The position numbers were made by a program, and so were the translations under genes. From the NCBI GenBank assembly GCA_026391215.1, contig JAPLDX010000062.1, positions 1-30,990 on the forward strand: a DNA stretch of 30,990 nucleotides, written 5' to 3'. The first letter of the stretch is position 1, and the number at the start of each line of letters is the position of its first letter. The notes beneath the pieces are model-generated. The model was not told where the DNA came from and made no database searches. It saw nothing but the letters and a program-made list of their open reading frames with translations. Source of the DNA: Bacteroidia bacterium. Lineage in GTDB: Bacteria > Bacteroidota > Bacteroidia > Bacteroidales > VadinHA17. Shown here in pieces: positions 19,101 through 26,983 of the stretch.

Positions 19101-19549
19101 ATTATAAAACAAGCCATATTGAATTTTCAGGTGCATACAATCCGTGCTTCAAGGTCAGGAAGCTGACAGATGAAGAAAGAAAGAATTATAAGGAGGATTC
19201 TGACGAAATGCCTGACGGATCAATGTCAAACGGCAAATATCTTCTCGAAACGATCTATGCAAGTAAAATGCCGATAGGAATATCTTCAAGAATGAAGGAG
19301 GATTTTGTCTTTTATGACTGGAACCTTGAAAAAGGAATATCATACTACCTTTTCTCAGATGGATATATTGACCAGTTTGGAGGACCCCATGGCCGGAAAT
19401 TCATGAAGAAGAACTTTAAACGGCTGATCCTTGAAATACAGGAAGAACAGATGTGCAGACAGAGGGATCGTCTGGAAAAGAACCTTATTGACTGGATAGG
19501 TCAGGGAGTGCAGATCGATGATATATTGGTGCTTGGGATTAAAACCTGA
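16193..19549 (+). CDS. membrane sensor phosphatase: beta-propeller repeats + Y_Y_Y + TM + SpoIIE/PP2C (RsbU-like)
   Basis: Signal peptide from ATG 16193 (the ORF track uses TTG 16166), propeller repeats, YSCKLEGYDKDWS...LPYGHYTFRV (Y_Y_Y), PWY + TM, coiled coil, and PP2C motifs VSGDFY, AADCTGHGVPGA, DGMD, SDGYIDQFGG, IDDILVLG. Confidence 0.92.
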   Translation: MKRFVIVCFLVTLLFNLTGQVNKYGVPFVKNYSTQITQGSEQNWCIARDAFGNMYFGNQDRGVICYDGTKWSSIQIKDNPRIYSLAADKRGIVYVGGAFEFGYLHPSEKGTTEYVSLSERIDSVPKIQVISSIEVQDNKALYLGPRFIFIYNTENDSLSEIDLVQYGITDALRLVKINDRLIIADNTSGIFELKGTTISPLKGGDFFKAKPCTVVLPFDESRMLIGTYFEGLFLYDYNSGTVRSNFIDEHLNAKFKTANIYAGAKISNDLFAIGTTNQEGVLVFNKSGELIYQLTKETSGLVDDAVYAMYSDYQSNSELWIATYGFLNKAYFNVPITIFGEKQGIDYGVNDIAEFQGKIYLSYDAGILETYTDNENFLRFRKVPQTDGQFFPLELIKTSHSEFLLTGSLDGVLQILDKDVVLEVEKNIKNLPKSDPRKYNTKKILQSSIDRDIVFLGTEAHGITILRDEGSHWSYINRIKGFTGSVSSMVEKEEGGLWFISDDPSALFNLTFSGNDTSYIRYGIEKGIPEIEISSVYMVNDKLYVTTASGLLRYDKQNDTFISDNSLTGGYSEGKISRNLFLDGEGDIWYSGTDKKNVEMLFRNSSGEAAGYQGDLNLLPNVPSMDILFTGNKTYLTQSKNFIVLDKARLLPDSTKVNTRFTSITVGTDSVIMTGTFHSHLDEKRRVPEIYYSSSTVPQYSYDMNQITFEWTTPYFIEELLTEYSCKLEGYDKDWSKWEGISFGYSSEAIYSKREYPKLPYGHYTFRVRSKTLTGLTGNELKYEFVINKPWYATILAFFGYALAAILAIWGLISYYTRRLKNENIRLEGIVRERTAVVVKQKEELESSIHYASRIQMALLPSQTILTDNIKENFVLFRPRDIVSGDFYWMTKKGDRLYIVAADCTGHGVPGAFMSLLGMSFLDEIIDRELAPRADVILNQLRLHVTESLKQSGGDDEAKDGMDMGLLVLDYKTSHIEFSGAYNPCFKVRKLTDEERKNYKEDSDEMPDGSMSNGKYLLETIYASKMPIGISSRMKEDFVFYDWNLEKGISYYLFSDGYIDQFGGPHGRKFMKKNFKRLILEIQEEQMCRQRDRLEKNLIDWIGQGVQIDDILVLGIKT

Positions 19550-19586
19550 CAATATAATCCCGGTCTGAGATTAATAAATTTTTATA

Positions 19587-20342
19587 ATGAGTTGTAAAAT
19601 GTTCAGGTCAAAAAGATCCGTTTCATTTCTTATAATTATCTTTCTTATTATGACAACGCCGGCCTTTTCTCAGGAGAAGCCTGCTTCAGACAAGATCAAT
19701 ACTTCAGCAGGCATAGTGGAAATGTATTTTGTCGGACATGGATCACTGATGTTCAAAATCAATGACTTTTCTATTCATATTGATCCTGTCCGAAGTTCAG
19801 GAAACTATACTGATCTTCCGAAAGCTGACCTTATACTGGTAACACATGAACATTATGATCATCTTGATGCCAGCCTGATAAATAAGCTCCGGAAGGAGGG
19901 AACAGTAATGCTCTGCAACGGGAAATCCGCATCAGAAATAACATGGGCACAGCCTATGAAAGCAGGTGATAATAAAATGGTTAACAATATCGATGTCGAA
20001 GCTGTTCCTGCCTATAATATTGTAAATATGAGAGCCCCGGGTCAGCCTTTTCACCCTGAGGGAACGGGAATAGGATTTATCATTTCAATTGGCGATAAAA
20101 AATTCTATGTTGCCGGCGATACTGAAAATACTCCGGAAATGAAAGCATTGAAAAATATTGATGTTGCATTTCTTCCCATGAACCTGCCATATACAATGAC
20201 CCCGGCGATGGTCGCCGATGCAGCAAAGGCATTTAAGCCGAAAATATTGTATCCATATCATTACGGGGATACCAATACGGATGAAATTGTTAAACTATTG
20301 AGTGACACAGATATTGAAGTAAGAATCAGAAACCTGAACTAA
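19587..20342 (+). CDS. MBL-fold metallo-hydrolase (UlaG/Lactamase_B_3-like), with signal peptide
   Basis: GHGS, HIDP, THEHYDH (HxHxDH), AGDT and YPYHY. Hydrophobic N-terminus ending AFS. Start could be 19599. Confidence 0.88.
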   Translation: MSCKMFRSKRSVSFLIIIFLIMTTPAFSQEKPASDKINTSAGIVEMYFVGHGSLMFKINDFSIHIDPVRSSGNYTDLPKADLILVTHEHYDHLDASLINKLRKEGTVMLCNGKSASEITWAQPMKAGDNKMVNNIDVEAVPAYNIVNMRAPGQPFHPEGTGIGFIISIGDKKFYVAGDTENTPEMKALKNIDVAFLPMNLPYTMTPAMVADAAKAFKPKILYPYHYGDTNTDEIVKLLSDTDIEVRIRNLN

Positions 20343-20350
20343 TTTTATAT

Positions 20351-21538
20351 ATGAAAAGAATAAACAGAAGGGGATTCCTGAAAACAGGAGCGGCAGGCGC
20401 AGGTATGTTAGCCTTGTCTCCATCAATTATTAGCGCTGTACCCCAAGTCCAGACAAAAGATATTATTTTCAGAACACTTGGCAGAACAGGTTTAAAAGTA
20501 CCCGTAATAAGCTTTGGAGTCATGCGCTCTGATAATCCTGCTCTCTGCAAGGCGGCATATGAGAAGGGCATCACCCTTTTTGATACGGCAAACGGTTACC
20601 AGGGAGGCAATAATGAAACAATGCTTGGCAATCTGTTCAAGGATTACCCCAGAAATTCATTTATCCTTGCTACTAAAGTAAAGCCAGTTCAGGACAGGGA
20701 AGGCAAGCCTACAGACCAGACATCCCCTGATAGTTTCCTTGAGATGTTCAATACGAGCCTTTCAAGGCTGCAGATGGATTACGTTGATATTCTTTATGTT
20801 CATGGCATCACTAATCCTGAATTTCTTGAATATAAACCGATTATAAATGCAGCTCAGAAGCTTAAAAAAGAGGGAAAAGCAAAATTCATCGGATTTTCCA
20901 CTCATGGCAATGAACCCCAGGTCATTAATGCAGCTACCGATTCCGATATATGGGATGTCATTTTAACCTCGTATAATTACAGGATGTCTTATCTGGATGA
21001 GATGAATGCTGCACTGAAAAAGGCAGTCGGAGCCGGCATAGGCATTGTCGCTATGAAAACTCTTGCCGGTGGTGGGTTCCTGGATAAGGAAAGGACAAAG
21101 CCGATGAATACTGCTGCGGCAATTAAATGGGTATTATCAAATCCTGATGTTACCACAACTATTCCCGGTATGACGAGCTTTGACCATCTTGAAGTCAATG
21201 AAAAATTACTCACGGATATTGCTCTTAATGACCAGGAAAAGAATGACCTGGTAGCTGCCAGGGGAGAACAGGGCCTTTTCTGTTCGGGCTGCAGGCAGTG
21301 TGTTTCTTCATGTCCTTATAACCTGCCGGTTCAGGACCTTATGCGTGCCTATATGTACGCTTATGGTTATTCGAATCCATCAATGGCAAAGAGCCTTCTG
21401 GGCGAGCTTGGAATATCCGGTGATCCTTGCAGCGGCTGTGACAGATGCACCATAAGTTGCCCATTGAATTTCAAGGTTAAAGAAAAGATTGCAGATATTT
21501 CAAGACTCACGAATATTCCATCTGAATTCCTGGCCTGA
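20351..21538 (+). CDS. Tat-signal aldo/keto reductase with C-terminal 2x[4Fe-4S] domain
   Basis: INRRGFLK twin-arginine signal. AKR residues in FDTANGY, ATK and YVHG. CSGCRQCVSSCP and CSGCDRCTISCP. Confidence 0.9.
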   Translation: MKRINRRGFLKTGAAGAGMLALSPSIISAVPQVQTKDIIFRTLGRTGLKVPVISFGVMRSDNPALCKAAYEKGITLFDTANGYQGGNNETMLGNLFKDYPRNSFILATKVKPVQDREGKPTDQTSPDSFLEMFNTSLSRLQMDYVDILYVHGITNPEFLEYKPIINAAQKLKKEGKAKFIGFSTHGNEPQVINAATDSDIWDVILTSYNYRMSYLDEMNAALKKAVGAGIGIVAMKTLAGGGFLDKERTKPMNTAAAIKWVLSNPDVTTTIPGMTSFDHLEVNEKLLTDIALNDQEKNDLVAARGEQGLFCSGCRQCVSSCPYNLPVQDLMRAYMYAYGYSNPSMAKSLLGELGISGDPCSGCDRCTISCPLNFKVKEKIADISRLTNIPSEFLA

Positions 21539-21553
21539 TAATCAATGGTTATT

Positions 21554-22399
21554 ATGAAAAAAGTACTTTCTTTTTGTATGCTATTTGTCCTTATTCCAGG
21601 TTTTGCAGCTGCCCAGGATATTACATACCCGGTACTGCCCGGGTATAAGACAATAACAAAGTATCCTGTTTATTTACCTGAAAATCTATGGGATTTCATT
21701 AACGGTGCCGCTGATGGTTACATTGCTCTTGGTTTCCAGGATCTGCATGTGGCTGAATATAAGAAAGGGAAAGAGCTTATTAAGGTTGAGATATACCATC
21801 ATAGCGATCATACGATGGCATTTGGGATTTATGCATCCGAACGCTCTTCCTCGTACAATTTTTTAAATCTGGGTGCACAGGGATATATTATTGACGGGGC
21901 AATAAATTTCTTTACTGGAAATTATTATGTAAAGATCAAAACTCATTCAAAGAAGCCCAAAACACAGCAATCGGCCGAATCTCTTGCGCTAAAGGTTGCA
22001 GGCATGCTCGGAGGCGATACAAAAATGCCGGAGGTGCTGTCTCAGTTCCCGGATGAAGGAAGAAAGCTTAACGAGGATACTTATATCAATGAAAGCGTCC
22101 TTGGTCATCAGTTTCTGAATAAAGCATTTAAGGCTTCATATGAATCGGAGAGTGATAATTTTGATATCTACCTGATGAAATTCAGTACAGCCGGTGAAGC
22201 TTTTGTTATAGCTGAGAAATACCTGGTTGCTTTAGGCATAGAGCCTGATAAAGCAGATAACGGTAAATTTGTCTTTAGCGATGGATACAATGGCACCATC
22301 TTTCTCGCATGGGAAAATAACAGAGTCGTGATCATCTCCGGCCTCTCTAAAGACCAGACCGAGATTGCCGATAAATATACATCAGCAATACTTAAATAA
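21554..22399 (+). CDS. secreted DUF6599-like protein
   Basis: Signal peptide (AAA-Q). LWDFINGAADGY..GF, VEIY, AFGIYASER and GNYYVKI pattern. Alternative start 21545. Confidence 0.7.
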   Translation: MKKVLSFCMLFVLIPGFAAAQDITYPVLPGYKTITKYPVYLPENLWDFINGAADGYIALGFQDLHVAEYKKGKELIKVEIYHHSDHTMAFGIYASERSSSYNFLNLGAQGYIIDGAINFFTGNYYVKIKTHSKKPKTQQSAESLALKVAGMLGGDTKMPEVLSQFPDEGRKLNEDTYINESVLGHQFLNKAFKASYESESDNFDIYLMKFSTAGEAFVIAEKYLVALGIEPDKADNGKFVFSDGYNGTIFLAWENNRVVIISGLSKDQTEIADKYTSAILK

Positions 22400-22418
22400 G
22401 ATATCAGGCAGAGACTGG

Positions 22419-23030
22419 CTAGCTTTCCTTTTCCAGGTAATCCGACAAAACCTGTCTGAGTTCATCGTACGAGTTAACCACCTGGAAATCATTGTGATCG
22501 TTAATCACATTCTGAGGGGGACGATAAAGGATGCCTTTATCTGCCTTTCTCAGCATATTTATATCATTATACGAATCGCCTATTCCAATTACCTTAAGAT
22601 TAAGGCTTTTCATAGCTTCTGCGACTTTCATTTTACCATCAGGCTGACGAAGATTGTAATCAAGGATATTTCCCAGATGATCTGTGGTAAGATGATTGCA
22701 GAAGAGGGTAGGGCGTCCCAGCTTTTCCATCAATGGATCAGCAAATTCGGTAAAAGTATCAGATACAATAATTAGCTGTGCCCTTTTTTTTAACCAGGAA
22801 ACCATCTCAATTGCCCCCGGCAATGGCTTTATGCCCGATATAACATGCTGGATGATATGAAGTGTCAGTCCGTTCTGACGGAGGATCTCCAGCCTGCGTT
22901 TCATCAGAACATTGTAATCGCTGATATCGCGTGTTGTCAATCTTAATTCATCAATGCCGGTATATTTTGATACACTAATCCATATTTCGGGTACAAATAC
23001 TCCTTCAAGATCAGCACAGACTGCATACAT
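22419..23030 (-). CDS. thrH: bifunctional phosphoserine phosphatase / phosphoserine:homoserine phosphotransferase
   Basis: DLEGVFVPEIW, TTRDISDY, VSDTF.EFA.PLM..LG.PTLFC and IGDSYND: ThrH HAD motifs. Confidence 0.92.
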   Translation of the reverse strand: MYAVCADLEGVFVPEIWISVSKYTGIDELRLTTRDISDYNVLMKRRLEILRQNGLTLHIIQHVISGIKPLPGAIEMVSWLKKRAQLIIVSDTFTEFADPLMEKLGRPTLFCNHLTTDHLGNILDYNLRQPDGKMKVAEAMKSLNLKVIGIGDSYNDINMLRKADKGILYRPPQNVINDHNDFQVVNSYDELRQVLSDYLEKES

Positions 23031-23041
23031 ATTTGCAAATT

Positions 23042-24400
23042 TTATTTATTAAGTGTTCGAATATAACTTCTTAATTCTTCATAATTGTTTTCCATTTCCA
23101 TGAATTCCTCTTTTTTACTATCAATATCCCTGAAAGATTCAGGAAACGGCAACGAAAATCCAAGGATGCTTTTTATTTCTTCATTGAATTTGGCAGGGTG
23201 TGCGGTTTCAAGTGATACAAACAGCTGATTCTTATTATTGTCAGACAGATTTTCATAATATTTCATACCTTCCCACGCAACAGCTCCATGCGGTTCGAGA
23301 ATCAATTTCTTATTTTTAAAAAATTCGGAAATCGTCGATCTTGTTTCTTCATCTGAAACACTTACGCCATAAAAATCATTTCTCATTCGCTTAAGATCAG
23401 GATTCTTTAAAATTGCACCTGCTTCGTCCATTAATCCTCCGTAATATGCAACGATCCTCGCCAGATTACTCGGATGTCCGACATTCATGGCGCTTGAGAT
23501 ACAGTTTATTGAAGGGCTTATAGCTTTATAGAAACCTGTTCGGAGCAGCTCCGGGACTTCGTTGTTTGAGTTTGTTGAAATAATAAATTTCCTGACAGGA
23601 AGTCCCATTTCACGGGCTATAATACCTCCCATAAGATTTCCGAAATTACCAGAAGGCACGCTGAATATGACCTTATCATCATTATCATTCTTCAGTTTCA
23701 CCCAGGCATAAAAGTAATAAACGGACTGGGGAAGCAGCCTTCCGATGTTTATCGAATTTGCCGATGACAAAGGAATATCTGATAATGCCTGATCATTGAA
23801 TGCCATTTTCACCAGGCGCTGGCAGTCGTCAAATTTGCCGTCTATCGAGATGACTTTTACATTATCATGGAGGGTTGTCATCTGTTTTCGCTGGATATCA
23901 GAGACTTCTTTTGCCGGGAAAAGGATGATCACATTGATATTTTCAAGACCGTGAAAGGCACTTGCTACTGCACTGCCGGTATCACCTGAAGTAGCTGTTA
24001 AGATCGTAAAACGTGTCTTGTCACGCGAGATGAAATAGTGCATAAGTCGTGCCATCATTCTTGCAGCAAAGTCCTTAAATGATGCTGTAGGTCCCTGGTC
24101 AAGCCTCAGGATATATTTGCGGTCATTCACCTTTTCCAAAGGGACAACAAAATTATAGGCATCGCGGCAGATAGCCTCCAGATCCTTACTGCTGATTTCG
24201 TCAAATAAAAGAGATTTCAGGACCTCACATGCTATTTCATGATACTCAAGAGATGAAAACTTTTCCATCTCCTTTACTGTCAGTTTTGGAATATGCAACG
24301 GCATATATAGTCCACCATCAGGTGCGAGACCCTTAAGCAGAGCTTCCCTGAAATCGACAGACGGTGCCTTTAAATTCGTTGAATAATATTTTGTCATCAT
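23042..24400 (-). CDS. thrC: threonine synthase
   Basis: GLAPDGGLY, GPTASFKDF (PLP Lys), ATSGDTG, SANSINIGRL, VPSGNFGN and TAHPAKF. Confidence 0.96.
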   Translation of the reverse strand: MMTKYYSTNLKAPSVDFREALLKGLAPDGGLYMPLHIPKLTVKEMEKFSSLEYHEIACEVLKSLLFDEISSKDLEAICRDAYNFVVPLEKVNDRKYILRLDQGPTASFKDFAARMMARLMHYFISRDKTRFTILTATSGDTGSAVASAFHGLENINVIILFPAKEVSDIQRKQMTTLHDNVKVISIDGKFDDCQRLVKMAFNDQALSDIPLSSANSINIGRLLPQSVYYFYAWVKLKNDNDDKVIFSVPSGNFGNLMGGIIAREMGLPVRKFIISTNSNNEVPELLRTGFYKAISPSINCISSAMNVGHPSNLARIVAYYGGLMDEAGAILKNPDLKRMRNDFYGVSVSDEETRSTISEFFKNKKLILEPHGAVAWEGMKYYENLSDNNKNQLFVSLETAHPAKFNEEIKSILGFSLPFPESFRDIDSKKEEFMEMENNYEELRSYIRTLNK

Positions 24401-26829
24401 ACATTGACAACTCTCATCAGATCAGCAAACACTCCGGCAGCAGTAACTTCAGCTCCTGCACCGTAGCCTTTTATCACCATTGGAAGCTCGCGGTAGCGCT
24501 CTGTGGTGAACAGTACAATATTGTTGCTTCCTTCGAGATAATATGACGGATGATCCTTACTGATGCTGACCAGCCTGACACTTGCCTTTCCCTGATCGAT
24601 TGTGGCAAGGAATCTCCATTTCTTATTCTGTCTTTCAACTTCAATCCTTTGTCTTTCAAAGTCAGGATCCAGCTGTTCAACCTTTTTATAAAAGTCATTC
24701 AAATCACCCTCAAAGCAATCGTCAGGAAGGAACTTAGTCACTTCTACATCTTCCTTTTCAATATGATATCCTGCTTCTCTTGACAGGATGAGTATTTTCC
24801 TGACCACATCCGATCCACTGAGATCAAGACGCGGATCAGGTTCTGAGTATCCCTTCTCTTTAGCTCTGCGGATCGCAACGCTCAAAGGTACCTTTTCGCT
24901 CATTTCATTAAAAATAAAATTCATAGTACCTGACAGAACCGCTTCTATCCTGTAAATTTTATCTCCGCTCAGTACAAGGTCACTTATTGTTTTGATAATA
25001 GGAAGCCCGGCACCTACTGTGGTTTCAAACATAAACCGCACTCCTCGTTCGTTGGAAATTGTCTTAAGCCGTTGATAGTAACTGTATTCCGATGAACAGG
25101 CAATTTTATTGGCAGTTATTACGGAAATATAGGCTGAAAGGATCTCGACGTATTTCAATGCTATTCTTTCATCAGCGGTACAATCAATGAATACGGAATT
25201 CCTCAGATTCAGCTTTTTCATCTGCTGAATAAAGAGTGATATATCTGCTTTACCTTCTGCCGTTTTCAGCATCTCCCTGCAGGAATCGATCGGAATGCCT
25301 TTTGAATCGATAATCATTTTCCTGGAGTTGGTAATACCCAGCAGATTGACATTAAGCTTGTGATGCTCTGATAGCAGCTTATGTTGTTTCTGCAATTGCT
25401 TCAGAAGGGTTGAGCCGACAAGCCCCGTCCCGGCAATGAAAAGGTTCACCTCCTTGTGAGTTGAAAGGAAGAAACCGTCATGGATCACGTTCAGGGCTTT
25501 CTTAAGGCTTTCATTTTTAATAACAACAGAAATATTTAATTCAGATGAGCCTTGTGCCGTAGCGATAACATTTATGCCGTTTCTGCCCAAAGCACGGAAG
25601 AGAGTAGCCGAGATCCCCGGAGTGTTCTTCATTTTCTCCCCGACAATAGCAATGATTGAAAGGTTTTTCTCAACTATAATTCTGAGCTCTTCATTCTTTT
25701 CTATTTCATTTTTAAATTCCTCTTTTATGGCATCACATGCTGTAACCGATGATTCAGGATTTACAGCAAAGGTTATTGAGAATTCCGAAGAAGCCTGGGT
25801 GATCAGTATAATGTTTATTTCCTGTTTTGCAAGAGCTCCGAAAAGTCTTGCAGATGTGCCGGTTACACCAACCATTGCAGGACCCTGCAATGTTATAAGA
25901 TCGATGTGATCTATTGAGGAGATGCCTTTAATTTGGCTTTGTCCCTCATCAGGCCGGTCGCCGTTTATCAATGTCCCTTTTGATTCAGGATTAAAAGTAT
26001 TCTTTACGACCACCGGTATTTTAGCTTTATATACCGGTCTGAGTGTGGGAGTGTATATCACTTTAGCCCCGAAATGAGAAAGCTCCATTGCCTCTGCATA
26101 GGTAAGGTTCTCAATTGTATAGGCTTTTTCGACTTTTTTAGGATCAGCTGTCATAAAACCTTCGACATCAGTCCATATCTCCAGCACTTCAGCATTAAGC
26201 GCCGCGGCAATTATTGCTGCTGTATAATCAGAACCACCTCTTCCAAGTGATGTTGTCTCACCGTGAGCATTAGTAGCTATAAAACCGGGAACTATGACAT
26301 GCTTATCCGGCCTCCCAACCTTTTCCCTTATCAGTGAATTAGTAATTGTAAAATCCACAAACAGATTGCCGGACCTTAAACCGGTTTTGATGAATTCACG
26401 GGAATCAGCATAAATGCTGTCATTAAGAAAATTGCTGATAATAAAAGCAGATAACCTTTCACCGCTGGTAACAACCTGATCAGATGAATGTGTGGTCAGT
26501 TCACGCAGCACATATATGCCCTTTAGTATCTCACCCAGTTCATTGGCGACATCACTGACATATTCAAGTACTTTTTGTTGTTTTGGTTTGTCTTCAATTA
26601 GTCTGATTGCGTATTCTGTATGTTTTTCAATAATCGTTTTGAGAAGGAGTTCGTATTCTTTATTCCCCGCTGATGCAAGGTCTGAGATTTTAAGAAGCTG
26701 ATCAGTAATGCCCTGGAAGGCAGAAATGACAACTACTGAAGGAAAGACTTGTGATTCAATTATCCTTTTTACTTCCCTTATACGCTCCGGATTCCCGACA
26801 GATGAACCTCCAAATTTCAGGACTTTCAT
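24397..26829 (-). CDS. thrA: bifunctional aspartate kinase / homoserine dehydrogenase I
   Basis: KFGGSS, LGRGGSDYTA, WTDVEG, two ACT domains, GTGLVG, VGAGLP, SGTMNFI, EPDPRLDLSG and GYGAGAEVTA. Confidence 0.96.
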   Translation of the reverse strand: MKVLKFGGSSVGNPERIREVKRIIESQVFPSVVVISAFQGITDQLLKISDLASAGNKEYELLLKTIIEKHTEYAIRLIEDKPKQQKVLEYVSDVANELGEILKGIYVLRELTTHSSDQVVTSGERLSAFIISNFLNDSIYADSREFIKTGLRSGNLFVDFTITNSLIREKVGRPDKHVIVPGFIATNAHGETTSLGRGGSDYTAAIIAAALNAEVLEIWTDVEGFMTADPKKVEKAYTIENLTYAEAMELSHFGAKVIYTPTLRPVYKAKIPVVVKNTFNPESKGTLINGDRPDEGQSQIKGISSIDHIDLITLQGPAMVGVTGTSARLFGALAKQEINIILITQASSEFSITFAVNPESSVTACDAIKEEFKNEIEKNEELRIIVEKNLSIIAIVGEKMKNTPGISATLFRALGRNGINVIATAQGSSELNISVVIKNESLKKALNVIHDGFFLSTHKEVNLFIAGTGLVGSTLLKQLQKQHKLLSEHHKLNVNLLGITNSRKMIIDSKGIPIDSCREMLKTAEGKADISLFIQQMKKLNLRNSVFIDCTADERIALKYVEILSAYISVITANKIACSSEYSYYQRLKTISNERGVRFMFETTVGAGLPIIKTISDLVLSGDKIYRIEAVLSGTMNFIFNEMSEKVPLSVAIRRAKEKGYSEPDPRLDLSGSDVVRKILILSREAGYHIEKEDVEVTKFLPDDCFEGDLNDFYKKVEQLDPDFERQRIEVERQNKKWRFLATIDQGKASVRLVSISKDHPSYYLEGSNNIVLFTTERYRELPMVIKGYGAGAEVTAAGVFADLMRVVNV

Positions 26830-26844
26830 AAACTGATAAATAGA

Positions 26845-26871
26845 AATTGCATCCTTCCGAAGGATGCAATT
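26845..26871 (-). promoter_or_regulatory. 12-bp stem-loop in thrA leader (terminator/attenuator, 5' hairpin or operator)
   Basis: AATTGCATCCTT-CCG-AAGGATGCAATT. On the minus strand it is followed by TCTATTTAT and lies 15 nt before the thrA ATG. Confidence 0.6.
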
Positions 26872-26877
26872 AAACTA

Positions 26878-26909
26878 TAAAGATACTAAAGATCATTGAT
26901 TTTCCCAAA
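26878..26909 (-). promoter_or_regulatory. putative sigmaA promoter for thr operon
   Basis: Minus strand TTTG (26906-26909), 20 nt, then TATCTTTA (26878-26885), one mismatch to TAnnTTTG. Confidence 0.45.
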
Positions 26910-26983
26910 AAACCAGGCAGATATTAACAAAAACGAGACTATTTATGAATAATATTCAGTATATTTTTTAATTTCTTAATATG

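Noticed and set aside
19587-20342. MBL protein as a beta-lactamase resistance gene
   Set aside because: It has UlaG/Lactamase_B_3-type motifs (GHGS, AGDT, PYHY) rather than class B beta-lactamase signatures.
22365-22775. 136-aa plus-strand ORF after DUF6599
   Set aside because: It is antisense to thrH, which has clear family motifs.
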